This document shows positions 1 through 8,672 of a stretch of 45,625 bases of DNA, piece by piece. Within the stretch, counting starts at the first letter, position 1; each line of letters opens with the position of its first letter. Source of the stretch: a virus (Duplodnaviria > Caudoviricetes); the IMG/VR virus record IMGVR_UViG_3300048847_000023, positions 1 through 45,625 of that record. One strand, given 5' to 3'. The position numbers and the translations under genes are program-made. Below the pieces are notes generated by a model. That model worked only from the letters and a program-made list of their open reading frames with translations, was not told where the DNA came from and made no database searches.

Positions 1-1284
1 ATGAACGATATCAACGCCGAAAACAGAGCGGTGCTGGAGCCGGGGCGTCTGGCCATCTACAAGCAGCCCGCCGCAGCGACTTGGTACATGGACATCACTT
101 TGCCGGGCCAAAAACGACAAAGGAAAACGACCGGAACGGCAGACAGAAGGGAGGCGGAATCCGTCGCATGGTCGGCTTATAGGGATATCGAACACAAGAT
201 CCGGAAGGGGATTCCGCTTCAAGGGAGGACGGTGAAATCGGTCGTCTCGGAATACGTCGATCATCGCCGAAGGGAGCACCAGGACGGGAAAATTTCCGTT
301 CACACCGTCGACCAAGCCAAAAGGGTTGTGACGGATCTTTTCCTGAAGTTTTTCGAGAAGGCGGACGACGGAAAATCGGACAGGCTGATCACGGACATCG
401 ACGATGCCGACATGCGGAGATATCTGAAATGGAGGCTGTCCCGCAACGCCGACATCGCCGCTGATCACGAGTATGTCCGAAACGGCAAGACGGTGAAAGG
501 AAAGCGGTCATCCCTGCATGCTCAGGCTCCGAAAGGCTCGACGTTGAACAAAGAAGCCAACGCCCTCAGGACGCTGTTCGCCTTCGCGGTGGAACGCGGC
601 TATCTCGGCCGGAACGCTGTCCCCCACATCGAAACCCATGATCCGGATTATGAGTCGGGAGGCTGGTTTCAAGTTCACGAGCTAGTCCGTCTGATAAAAG
701 CCGCGAGAGAAAGGATGGACGAAGAGGTTTCCGGGAAGGGGCGGGCAAATCTTATTCGGGACAGGAAGCTTCTCTGGCTGTGGGTCGGCTTCATGGCCGT
801 CACAGGAATGCGTCCAATCGGATGCCGGAACCTGAAGTGGGGCGATATCCGGCTGTTCCGGCTTCAGGACAAGTCTATGTCGTTCGAGCTTCATATCCGG
901 GAGAAAGGTGCGGAGAGGAATTTTTACATCAATGATGGCTCGGATTCGTTTTGGCTACAGGAAATCGCCAAAGGCGTTCTCGGAGAGAAATTGGACGACG
1001 TGATTGGGAATCCGAATTTCGCTGATAAGCAGCTATTCGAAGGACGCAACTTCAAGAAAAGCTTCAAGTCGCTGGTCAAGGCCGCTGGCTTTGATCCGGA
1101 CGAACACAGCCCTTATAGCCTGCGCCATAGCTTCATCAATTGGCGGCTGTTGAGGGGGGATTCCATCTCCGACGTTGCCATTCTCGTGGGGAACAGCCCG
1201 AGCGTGATCGAGCGTCATTATCTGAAGTTGACCCCCTTGATCATCGCGGAACGGGATGCACGGAAGCGGCGTGACTCAAAATGA
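1..1284 (+). CDS. int: Tyrosine recombinase / phage integrase
   Basis: N-terminal arm-binding-like segment (TWYMDITLPGQKRQRKTTGT), core-binding helices (STLNKEANALRTLFAFA), catalytic motifs TGMRP, REKG, YSLRH, VGNS and RHY. Confidence 0.93.
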   Translation: MNDINAENRAVLEPGRLAIYKQPAAATWYMDITLPGQKRQRKTTGTADRREAESVAWSAYRDIEHKIRKGIPLQGRTVKSVVSEYVDHRRREHQDGKISVHTVDQAKRVVTDLFLKFFEKADDGKSDRLITDIDDADMRRYLKWRLSRNADIAADHEYVRNGKTVKGKRSSLHAQAPKGSTLNKEANALRTLFAFAVERGYLGRNAVPHIETHDPDYESGGWFQVHELVRLIKAARERMDEEVSGKGRANLIRDRKLLWLWVGFMAVTGMRPIGCRNLKWGDIRLFRLQDKSMSFELHIREKGAERNFYINDGSDSFWLQEIAKGVLGEKLDDVIGNPNFADKQLFEGRNFKKSFKSLVKAAGFDPDEHSPYSLRHSFINWRLLRGDSISDVAILVGNSPSVIERHYLKLTPLIIAERDARKRRDSK

Positions 1285-1286
1285 TC

Positions 1287-1321
1287 CACAACCCCTAAAA
1301 ACCGCCGTCACAAGCCCTAAA
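1287..1321 (+). repeat. Direct repeat pair CACAA(C/G)CCCTAAA, 22-bp period
   Basis: Copies at 1287-1299 and 1309-1321 differ at one base and lie just after the integrase stop. Confidence 0.6.
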
Positions 1322-1703
1322 CCTCCGCTCCAATTGAATATCACGGCCTCTAATTCAGGTTATGGCATACAGGAATACGATTCCGACCCCTGAGGATTTC
1401 CGCGCTGATACGACGTCACTGGACGATAACAACCGCGTCTAGGACCGGAATGCCGCATGCAACAAGCAAGCCGCCTGGAATGAAGAATATGTGCTGTCTT
1501 TTCTGGCGGGCTGATTCCATGCGTCACCCCCGTCCGTTGCCCCTGGTTAGGTATACCCATTCGGTGCGTTTCAGTGCCCCCCTGCCAGCGGAGGGATATG
1601 GCCAATCGTGTCCCGTAAGAGACGGTAGGGAGATTTGAGGATTGACTCGACTTAAACGGGAACAGGAGTACACTGATCAAGGATCAGGAAGTGGAGGGAA
1701 CCG

Positions 1704-2198
1704 ATGCGAGCAGCAGCGCTAGCAATATTCTCTTTTCTCTACGTGAGCGGCGCGCATGCACAAGAACAAGTTTGTGGCGAGCCAATGATAGTAGCCGACG
1801 AGTCATTGAAAGGAACGATCAAGGGAAAAGCTGAGTTCTTAACACGCTATTTTGGAAACGCTGAACTAGATGGACAGGTCGAAACAGCTCGTACCGATAT
1901 ATTCTCCCGCTATCCTCATGCCGAAAAAGGACGTGCCACTGCCTATTTCCAATATGTTTTATGTGCACTTTTGTTTAGTGATCAATCTTTAACGCAACAA
2001 GAAAAAATTGATCAGTGGATGCGTATTGAATATGTTCTACAATCAGAACCGAAAAGGTCACAACCGGGTGCAGCTGGATCAAAGGTCACTTCGCCTGAAT
2101 CGAATTCAACATCTAATAACAAACAAATCTCTAATGGTAAATGCAGCCCAAACGTTATAGACATGAATGGGAATATTATTATAAAATCGTGTGATTAA
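1704..2198 (+). CDS. Secreted hypothetical protein with C-terminal CSPNV motif
   Basis: RBS GGAGGG; Sec signal ending AHA; helical domain, Ser/Pro/Asn linker, C-terminal KCSPNVIDMNGNIIIKSCD; AT-rich. Confidence 0.8.
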   Translation: MRAAALAIFSFLYVSGAHAQEQVCGEPMIVADESLKGTIKGKAEFLTRYFGNAELDGQVETARTDIFSRYPHAEKGRATAYFQYVLCALLFSDQSLTQQEKIDQWMRIEYVLQSEPKRSQPGAAGSKVTSPESNSTSNNKQISNGKCSPNVIDMNGNIIIKSCD

Positions 2199-2203
2199 AA
2201 ATC

Positions 2204-3214
2204 ATGCAACGCAGGTTAGTCATAGCTCTTTTGTGCTGCACGTCGCAGCTTTTTTTGCTGGCATGTGATCTAGAAAGACAAGGAGTAAATCAAAGGACTC
2301 AAACTACCACTGCTCGGTGCAGTCCAAACGTAGTCGATATGTCCGGGCAAATCAGCATAACCTGCCATGGGGGCAATGGTGACCGTCTTTCGGCTAGGGT
2401 AACTCGTTCGTTCAATAAATTTTGTCAAACTTCTGCTCAACTTGGAGAAAAATTTCCGATTTCGAATAAAGACAAAAATTTCTTTTCTCAAGCTCTAGAC
2501 TCGACTAAGCCTCCCAACCATCTTGCTAGAAGTAGATACTGTTTTGAACTTGCTAGAAATATTCTTACTGTGTTTGCCGAACGTCATTTCGAAGCTCTGT
2601 CTATAATGATGGATGTACTTACAAACAGTTTTCAGAATGCACGTGTAGAAGGTAGTTCTAGCCTTGAAGAGGTAATGAAAAGGAAAATGGAAAGGGTGGA
2701 AAGGGATGTGTTAAGTGCGTACCCCGAGATTTTCGAAGCATTAGGAGCATCAGTACGTCAAGAGGAAATTGATAACGAAATAAAATTATTTAGTGAAAGT
2801 ACTCTAAAGTTTGTGAATTGCGCTTTTGGTGAATGCTTGGTAATTGCCGCTGACGAATATTTTAATGAGTGGCGTAAAATCAATGAGGCCCGAGGCTTCA
2901 TAAGAGTCATTGGACTTGGCGAAATAATCCAAAGATCCAAGATTCTACATATGTCCGATGGGAATGTTGGTGAAGTCAAGCTTGTTGCCAAATTCAATAG
3001 AAATGTTTATACTATCTACCAAAAGAACCTTTCTGGCGTCGAAGTAGAGGGAAAACACTTTTCACTGGGGAAACAGGTCATGTTAGTAGAGCGTTTAAAT
3101 AACCATAAAATATATGCATTCCCCAAGGATATAAGATCTTTCGTTAGAGATTATCTTCGCATGCGACTCACCTCCGCCCCCGCCATGGCCCCGCCCGTAG
3201 TCGGCCGACGCTGA
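2204..3214 (+). CDS. Putative lipoprotein with N-terminal CSPNV motif
   Basis: Starts 5 nt after the upstream stop; basic N-terminus, hydrophobic stretch, lipobox LLAC; RCSPNVVDMSGQISITC near the mature N-terminus. Confidence 0.75.
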   Translation: MQRRLVIALLCCTSQLFLLACDLERQGVNQRTQTTTARCSPNVVDMSGQISITCHGGNGDRLSARVTRSFNKFCQTSAQLGEKFPISNKDKNFFSQALDSTKPPNHLARSRYCFELARNILTVFAERHFEALSIMMDVLTNSFQNARVEGSSSLEEVMKRKMERVERDVLSAYPEIFEALGASVRQEEIDNEIKLFSESTLKFVNCAFGECLVIAADEYFNEWRKINEARGFIRVIGLGEIIQRSKILHMSDGNVGEVKLVAKFNRNVYTIYQKNLSGVEVEGKHFSLGKQVMLVERLNNHKIYAFPKDIRSFVRDYLRMRLTSAPAMAPPVVGRR

Positions 3215-3479
3215 TCATGATGCGATACCGTCATGCATGAATGATAATGATCCTCTGAGCGGTCCAGCGCTGGAGAAACCATTGCCAGCAAAGCCTCAGT
3301 TCTTCCCGTCGATGTCCAAACGGGCGAAGGCAGTTGTGGCTTAGAGTAGGATTGAATGGCTCTCATGCATGAGACCTGTCCAATTCCTCTGTTTCCAGCC
3401 AAGCTTGGCATCCATGATCCCTGCTTGTTCGGTTCCGAGTCGCGAGGATTGCATATAAAGTGAAAATCGTCCTTCGGCG

Positions 3480-4360
3480 TGGATTCCATGCGATGGGGAA
3501 ACTTGGCGCTGTGGAAGCGTTTAATCGCGTTGATTGATTTGGAAGAAATACAACTTTCGCTGGAGCAGGCTTGAACGAAGACTCCTTTGCAGTTTTCGGG
3601 ATGAAAATTCAGGAATCTGATATTGAGGCTTGCGGTGTCCTATGAATGAATCTGGAAACAATCGGTTTTCTGAGAAATAAATTTGGGAATCTAGAATATT
3701 AAATTGAGGGTGTCATCGGACGATTGGCGGGAAACATTTTATTGAGATAGGAATTCCTGTTGTTGAGGATATGACATTCTATTTGGATTAGGAAACTTAC
3801 AACAGCACGATGGGGAGAAAAAACTGCCCTGAAAAAAAAAGAACAACAATAGCCCGAAGGGCACGGCTAAAGACCTTCAATTTGGAGCGGTTTTCAATAG
3901 GGGGAATGTGGAATCGTATGGATTCAGCTTGCCTATGTGTTTCGTCAATTCTAGGGGGATCTGTGACCTGAATTCGGTGGTCTGTGGATCTATAGGGAGA
4001 CTGTAAACCAACGATAGGGATTCCTGATTTGGGAATTGGGAAACCTAAGGGAAGAGGCATCGGAAGATTGGACATGGAAACGGGTTTGGAAGGGCATCGG
4101 ATTCTGACTTTTAGAAAACCTATATTCTGTAATTATATTATAGCAGTTCCGATCCTCTGAAACCCGCATAAACACTGGACTTCGTTTCTTGACCGTTTGG
4201 ACAAGTTCCTAGACTGGAACTGGGTTTGTCCACATTTGAATTCCGACCTCAATTCCGACTAAATCGGGAGCAATGGTGTGTTCATGACAAGTTTTGCAAC
4301 TCACTGCCAACAGGCATTGTTCTCCCTTCCGGCTGAATCTCATAAGGGGTAGAAACTACC
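3480..4360. other. AT-rich non-coding region, putative replication origin/control region
   Basis: No credible ORF, A-tract, many GANTC sites, short repeats, directly upstream of rep. Confidence 0.45.
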
Positions 4361-4389
4361 TTGACATATTCAAGGTCGGTATATATATT
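4358..4389 (+). promoter_or_regulatory. Sigma70-type rep promoter with overlapping inverted repeat
   Basis: TTGACA (4361-4366), 17 nt, TATATT (4384-4389); ACCTTGA-N5-TCAAGGT (4358-4376) overlaps the -35. Confidence 0.7.
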
Positions 4390-4430
4390 TGGATGAGAGA
4401 GCTAAACGTTTGGGTGTCGGGGTGTTTCAA

Positions 4431-6131
4431 ATGGCGAAGGATATCAGGAAGCAATTGGACTCCGACGATCAGTCGGAGATGAAGACGAAGAAGCGTCAGG
4501 CGCAGGCGGCGATCAAGGGAGAGGGCTTCGGCCCCGGCTTCAAAAAGCCTTTAGAAGCCATCAGGCTTGTCTCCGTCACTCAGGATTTGGAATTCAGCCT
4601 GAACGACCGCAGAGTCCTGAATTTCCTTCAGGAACAGGTTTGCCGGATCGTCAACGACAAGAAGAACACTGGTGCCGCCCAAACGGGGTTCTTTGAAGTC
4701 CGCATTTCGGAATTGTCCAACGCGATCGGCGCGAACGACTACGACGAGATCCGCACTTCCATCGACCGTCTCCGCCGCATGGAAGTCCAGTACAACAAGA
4801 TGGAGAACCGGGAGGAGGAAGAAGACAGGCACTTCCTCGGCACGGCTCCCCTCTTCACGCACGAAACCGAGATCGTAGACGGCAAGCAGAAAGACGGCAT
4901 ATTTCGCTATTCATTCCCGCCCGGCATCGTCGCCCTGTTCCGCAAGCCCAGTCCCTACGCCTACATCAACTTGTCCACCGCCTGCAGCTTCGGCAGCAAG
5001 TTCTCTCTTGCCCTCTACGAGAACCTTGCGCTGATGCTGAACCGCGAAGACAACGTCTGGACGGTGTCGGTCAACGGATTGGCGGACTATCTAGGCTGGC
5101 CGAGGAGGGAAGGGGAGAGACTGGATTTTCACGCCTTCAGGACGAAGGCCATCGAACGCGCCGTCGGGGAGATCAACGGATTGGGCAACCTCAGCCCCTT
5201 CCGCGTTGAGGTCGAATGCAATCCGGATCCCCTCGACCAGCGTAAGCGCCGCATCGGGTCGGTGTCCTTCACAGTGATATCGAACTACGACAACAAGCGG
5301 CAGCAGAGACAGACGCGCGACATTTTCCGTTCGGAAATCGAAGAACGGATGCCGGACGGATTCGGCAGTATCGCGGCTTTCAAGAACAGAACGAACCGTG
5401 CGCTCGGCTACTGGTACGATTTCCGCCGGGTCTTCAAGAAGAGGCCAGCCGATCTTCGTGCGCTTTGGGAAATGTACGTCACGGTCAGGCTCCAGGTCGA
5501 CGACAAGCGATCCGGGCTGAACATTTCGGACGACATTATGGCCAACATCGCCTTCACGTACGAAGACGAACTCAATCAAAAGAGCATCCCAGCGACGTGG
5601 AGCGTCATCTCGCTGGTCTGGCACATGACCGTCAAGGAGGCCCTTCAAAAGTCCCGCTACGGAGAGCCGATGTCCGGCTTGGACGTTCAGGTTCTCGGGG
5701 CGGTCAATCCAGCGACGTCTCAAGCGATCAGGGACGAAGTGTTCAAGAAGGTCATCATCCGCGAGCAAGAAAGCGGATGGGCGAAGGCTATGCCTCGTGA
5801 CGGCGTACAGGTGGATTCTGTCAGCCGATCTGGAACGGAAACCACTGAGCAGGCTCCGACGATTTACGAGCAAACCGTCATCGAAAGGGATGCCGCAGAC
5901 TACGGCGCGGACTTGGCGGGCTTGGACACCTCGACGGTGGACGGCTACCGGGAAGCGGCCGCCCGAGTGCAGGAGGCCAAGTTCATGATGGAGGAGACGG
6001 CTTTCAAGAGCGGTTCGTCTGAAGAAGCGACTTACGATGCCTCGGACTTCTTCTCGCCGTACGACGATCCCATGCCGCCCCAGTCCCATGAAAACCAAGA
6101 AGACATCGACTTGGACGAAGTAGGATATTGA
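4431..6131 (+). CDS. Plasmid-type replication initiator (Rep_3/RepB family) with long C-terminal extension
   Basis: Winged-helix Rep motifs SLNDRRVLNFL, RISELSNAIG, YAYINL, SKFSLALYE, FHAFRTKAIERAVGEIN, IGSVSFTV; ATG 4431 preferred because TTG 4389 overlaps the -10 box. Confidence 0.85.
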   Translation: MAKDIRKQLDSDDQSEMKTKKRQAQAAIKGEGFGPGFKKPLEAIRLVSVTQDLEFSLNDRRVLNFLQEQVCRIVNDKKNTGAAQTGFFEVRISELSNAIGANDYDEIRTSIDRLRRMEVQYNKMENREEEEDRHFLGTAPLFTHETEIVDGKQKDGIFRYSFPPGIVALFRKPSPYAYINLSTACSFGSKFSLALYENLALMLNREDNVWTVSVNGLADYLGWPRREGERLDFHAFRTKAIERAVGEINGLGNLSPFRVEVECNPDPLDQRKRRIGSVSFTVISNYDNKRQQRQTRDIFRSEIEERMPDGFGSIAAFKNRTNRALGYWYDFRRVFKKRPADLRALWEMYVTVRLQVDDKRSGLNISDDIMANIAFTYEDELNQKSIPATWSVISLVWHMTVKEALQKSRYGEPMSGLDVQVLGAVNPATSQAIRDEVFKKVIIREQESGWAKAMPRDGVQVDSVSRSGTETTEQAPTIYEQTVIERDAADYGADLAGLDTSTVDGYREAAARVQEAKFMMEETAFKSGSSEEATYDASDFFSPYDDPMPPQSHENQEDIDLDEVGY

Positions 6132-6166
6132 AGAGTCATTCTCTCATAGGTAGAAAACAGGTACAT

Positions 6167-6202
6167 GAAAGTTTCCGATGTACCGAAAAATCGGAAACTT
6201 TC
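6167..6202. terminator. Perfect 13-bp inverted repeat after rep (terminator or binding site)
   Basis: GAAAGTTTCCGAT-N10-ATCGGAAACTTTC. Confidence 0.55.
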
Positions 6203-6842
6203 GGTCTGGCGAAAATCGTCAAATTCGAGGTCGGAATTGAAACCGGATTTGACCCCCTAAAAGCCCAATGAAATCAATAAATACCGACCATGACATGCGA
6301 TATATACGGAATTCTGGTCGGAATTAGAAAAAGTAGCATTGTGAATTTCAGCGCTACTTAAGATGATTGGGGTGGAAGGCGGCCTGATGGGTCCGGAGAG
6401 GCGAATTGAGAAGTGTAGAGAAATTCTATGAAGGAAACGTGAAGGTAGCGATGGCTAGTCAGAAAGGAACGACAAGCCGCCAGTCCGAATTACCAGCCGA
6501 GATTTGGTCGTGTTCAGAGAAGCGCAAGTTAGAACGGGTACAAGTCCGCCGATTTTGCATTTGGTTGCGCATCTCAGAACGCCGTGGGGAGTCAGGCAGC
6601 GTTGCTCAGATGAACATACCTGTCGAAAAAGTGGATTCGGTCACAAGTCGTTTACGTACTGATTTTCAACGTTTTTCTTTAATTTATGTTTGGCTACGAA
6701 GACGGAAAACCGAACATAAACACGTAAAGGCACACATATTTTGTTCAGCCTATCGGCCATGAAAATACCCCGAATACTTGGATCCAACAAAAAACAAACC
6801 CACAAATGCCAAAAGTAGACTATCTTACGCGAACTGGCTTCC

Positions 6843-6858
6843 GTGCATCCGGAGCCAC
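6843..6858 (+). repeat. Dispersed 16-bp motif copy 1 (GTGCATCCGGAGCCAC)
   Basis: Exact consensus, intergenic, just upstream of the RBS of the 6880 gene. Confidence 0.9.
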
Positions 6859-6879
6859 CAAAAAGGAGAGAGAGAGAAA

Positions 6880-7068
6880 ATGAAGCCATCGCACTTAGTC
6901 ATGGTCCCTATGTTGATGTTCGTTCTCTTGATGTCCGCCGCAAACATGATCGCATGGGCTTCCGTCGGATCCACGCACCTGGTGATATTCGCCGCCGTCA
7001 CAGTAGCCCTCGGACACGAACTTTTCGTCTATTTCCGCGACATGTACCGTCTCCGCCGTACCAGATAA
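6880..7068 (+). CDS. Small two-TM membrane protein
   Basis: AAGGAG RBS, two hydrophobic segments, basic tail. Confidence 0.6.
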   Translation: MKPSHLVMVPMLMFVLLMSAANMIAWASVGSTHLVIFAAVTVALGHELFVYFRDMYRLRRTR

Positions 7069-7104
7069 GTAGACGAGCTATCACTCTAGAAGGAGTCTTT
7101 CACT

Positions 7105-7389
7105 ATGGAATCCGAACTGGCAGTGGCCGTCATCAGCAGTGATGACGGCTTTTTCCATATGATATCGTCCGATCCAGCAGAGATCCGCAGACAGCCAATA
7201 GCGTCTCTGATCTACTCCATCCCGCTAACCGATGAAGCCGAGGCGGCGGGAGTGGAAGCGGCGGCGCATGAGCTTTTGGCGCCTGACAGACGGTACGGCA
7301 AATGGTTTTCGGCATCGGATGACAGAGCGGTGGAAGCTGTCAGCGAGGCCGTCCGATCCGTCAGGGAGGCTTTCGGCCACTCCTTATGA
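7105..7389 (+). CDS. Hypothetical protein, T5orf172/GIY-YIG-like C-terminal half
   Basis: AAGGAG RBS; VEAAAHELL...GKWF pattern; no GIY/YIG motifs, so probably degenerate. Confidence 0.55.
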   Translation: MESELAVAVISSDDGFFHMISSDPAEIRRQPIASLIYSIPLTDEAEAAGVEAAAHELLAPDRRYGKWFSASDDRAVEAVSEAVRSVREAFGHSL

Positions 7390-7448
7390 GTCATCGACCC
7401 GACGGATTCCCGCACGATACGATTCCTTTTCACTCATGGAGACATCTC

Positions 7449-7775
7449 ATGACGTCGGAAGAAATCGTCGAGTTCATGAAAGATCACAAGCTGGTCACGT
7501 CCAACGCCGACGCGGCCGAGGCGCTGGGCGTCGATCTTCAGGCGGCGACACAGCTTATCACGTCGTCGCTTCAGGTCATTTGCTCGGAAGTCCTGAAGGT
7601 CGGAAACGAGCGGGTTTTCTTGGATATAAGTTCCGGAGAGCCTGTGGCCATGCACGTCGCGAACACCTGGTTTTATGCAGTGAAGCACTCAATCTTCTTC
7701 CCCCTGGAGATTTTCGGGAAATCCGTTCTCTTCTCGTGCTCTTTCGCTGCCAAGCCCACCGGAAAAATGACGTGA
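7449..7775 (+). CDS. Hypothetical protein
   Basis: GGAG RBS before ATG 7449; operonic position (ATG 7386 is an alternative start). Confidence 0.6.
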   Translation: MTSEEIVEFMKDHKLVTSNADAAEALGVDLQAATQLITSSLQVICSEVLKVGNERVFLDISSGEPVAMHVANTWFYAVKHSIFFPLEIFGKSVLFSCSFAAKPTGKMT

Positions 7776-7790
7776 TGGCTCCGGATGCAC
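7775..7790 (-). repeat. Dispersed 16-bp motif copy 2
   Basis: ATGGCTCCGGATGCAC on + (15/16), at the stop of the 7449 gene. Confidence 0.9.
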
Positions 7791-7857
7791 CGCATTCTTA
7801 TTCATTCATTTAGTAATCTGTGTTACCTTATTCCTTATAGATGAGGGGAATGGGGGA

Positions 7858-8163
7858 ATGATGGAAATGGAACCGAAGAAGAAGAAGGGCAGGCCGTCGC
7901 TCGGCGACATACCGCTGACATCGGCGGAGAAAATGTCTCGGCGGCGCGAGAGACTGAAGGGGGAGGGGGTTCCGCATTCTGCCTCAATAGACTTCCAGAT
8001 CGCCAACGCAGTCAGCAGAATGGCGACGGAGTCATCCGTGCCTGAAACCGTCCTGGAAGAGATAATCCGCGCCGCCGCCGCCGCGCTGGAGAGGAACGAG
8101 TACGAGAGGACGGTGGCCGAAACGGCCATCCGGAAACGCCTGTTCCGACATAAAAAAATCTGA
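7858..8163 (+). CDS. Small putative DNA-binding protein
   Basis: KKKKGRP...LTSAEKMSRRRERLK motif common in small phage/plasmid regulators. Confidence 0.65.
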   Translation: MMEMEPKKKKGRPSLGDIPLTSAEKMSRRRERLKGEGVPHSASIDFQIANAVSRMATESSVPETVLEEIIRAAAAALERNEYERTVAETAIRKRLFRHKKI

Positions 8164-8236
8164 GTCTCAAATTTGTCCGTTGTGCTTTGCATTAAAGTCA
8201 CCTAGATTACTTATGTCGAGTCCAACGGAGGGTGTC

Positions 8237-8485
8237 ATGTCTACTCAAGTCCAAGCCGAAACAGTCCAGCTTCCCCGCGACCTGAGAGCCTTCTTCGCCG
8301 AGGTGGAGATTGAGAGCCGGAGCGTCCGTCATAAAACCCCACAGGAGCTTTCGCATTTTTGGAAGACCCGCGGGCGGGTTTATTTTGCAGTTGTCCGTGC
8401 GATCAAGGAAGAACTCTTGGCCGGACGGAAGCCGGAGGAGATCTGGTACGATTGGGAGAAGCGCGGACAGATGACGATGCAGTGA
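8237..8485 (+). CDS. Hypothetical protein
   Basis: GGAGGG RBS, putative promoter TTGTGC-N17-TAGATT (8180-8208), downstream terminator. Confidence 0.7.
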   Translation: MSTQVQAETVQLPRDLRAFFAEVEIESRSVRHKTPQELSHFWKTRGRVYFAVVRAIKEELLAGRKPEEIWYDWEKRGQMTMQ

Positions 8486-8504
8486 TCTGCGCACATAGAG
8501 ACTG

Positions 8505-8604
8505 AAAACAGAAAACCCCCGGAGGTCAGATCTCCGGGGGTTTTCCCATTCCAGCGGGTGTCGAGTCCGAGAAAGGAATGTTCTATGGCCACAAAATAAG
8601 TGGC
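8505..8604 (-). ncRNA. Candidate ~100-nt small RNA
   Basis: Minus-strand TTGCAT-N17-CATATT (8639-8611), two hairpins, then the terminator; loop complementary to the leader of gene 8237. Confidence 0.35.
8511..8545. terminator. Bidirectional intrinsic terminator
   Basis: GAAAACCCCCGGAG-N7-CTCCGGGGGTTTTC, 14-bp stem. Confidence 0.85.
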
Positions 8605-8672
8605 ACCCCGAATATGCTCCTTACATTCCAATTATGCAAACTAAATTTTAGGTATCTCCGTAAATAGATTCC

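Noticed and set aside
1285-1700. tRNA fragment or att core next to the integrase
   Set aside because: No T-loop consensus or duplicated core could be found by eye.
4280-4294. Alphaproteobacterial LexA box GTTC-N7-GTTT
   Set aside because: Single mismatched copy well upstream of the -35; likely chance.
5091-6098. Long antisense ORFs here and at 21381-22172, 36528-37547, 38600-39769 and 42282-43046
   Set aside because: Shadow frames of GC-rich genes with no recognisable motifs.
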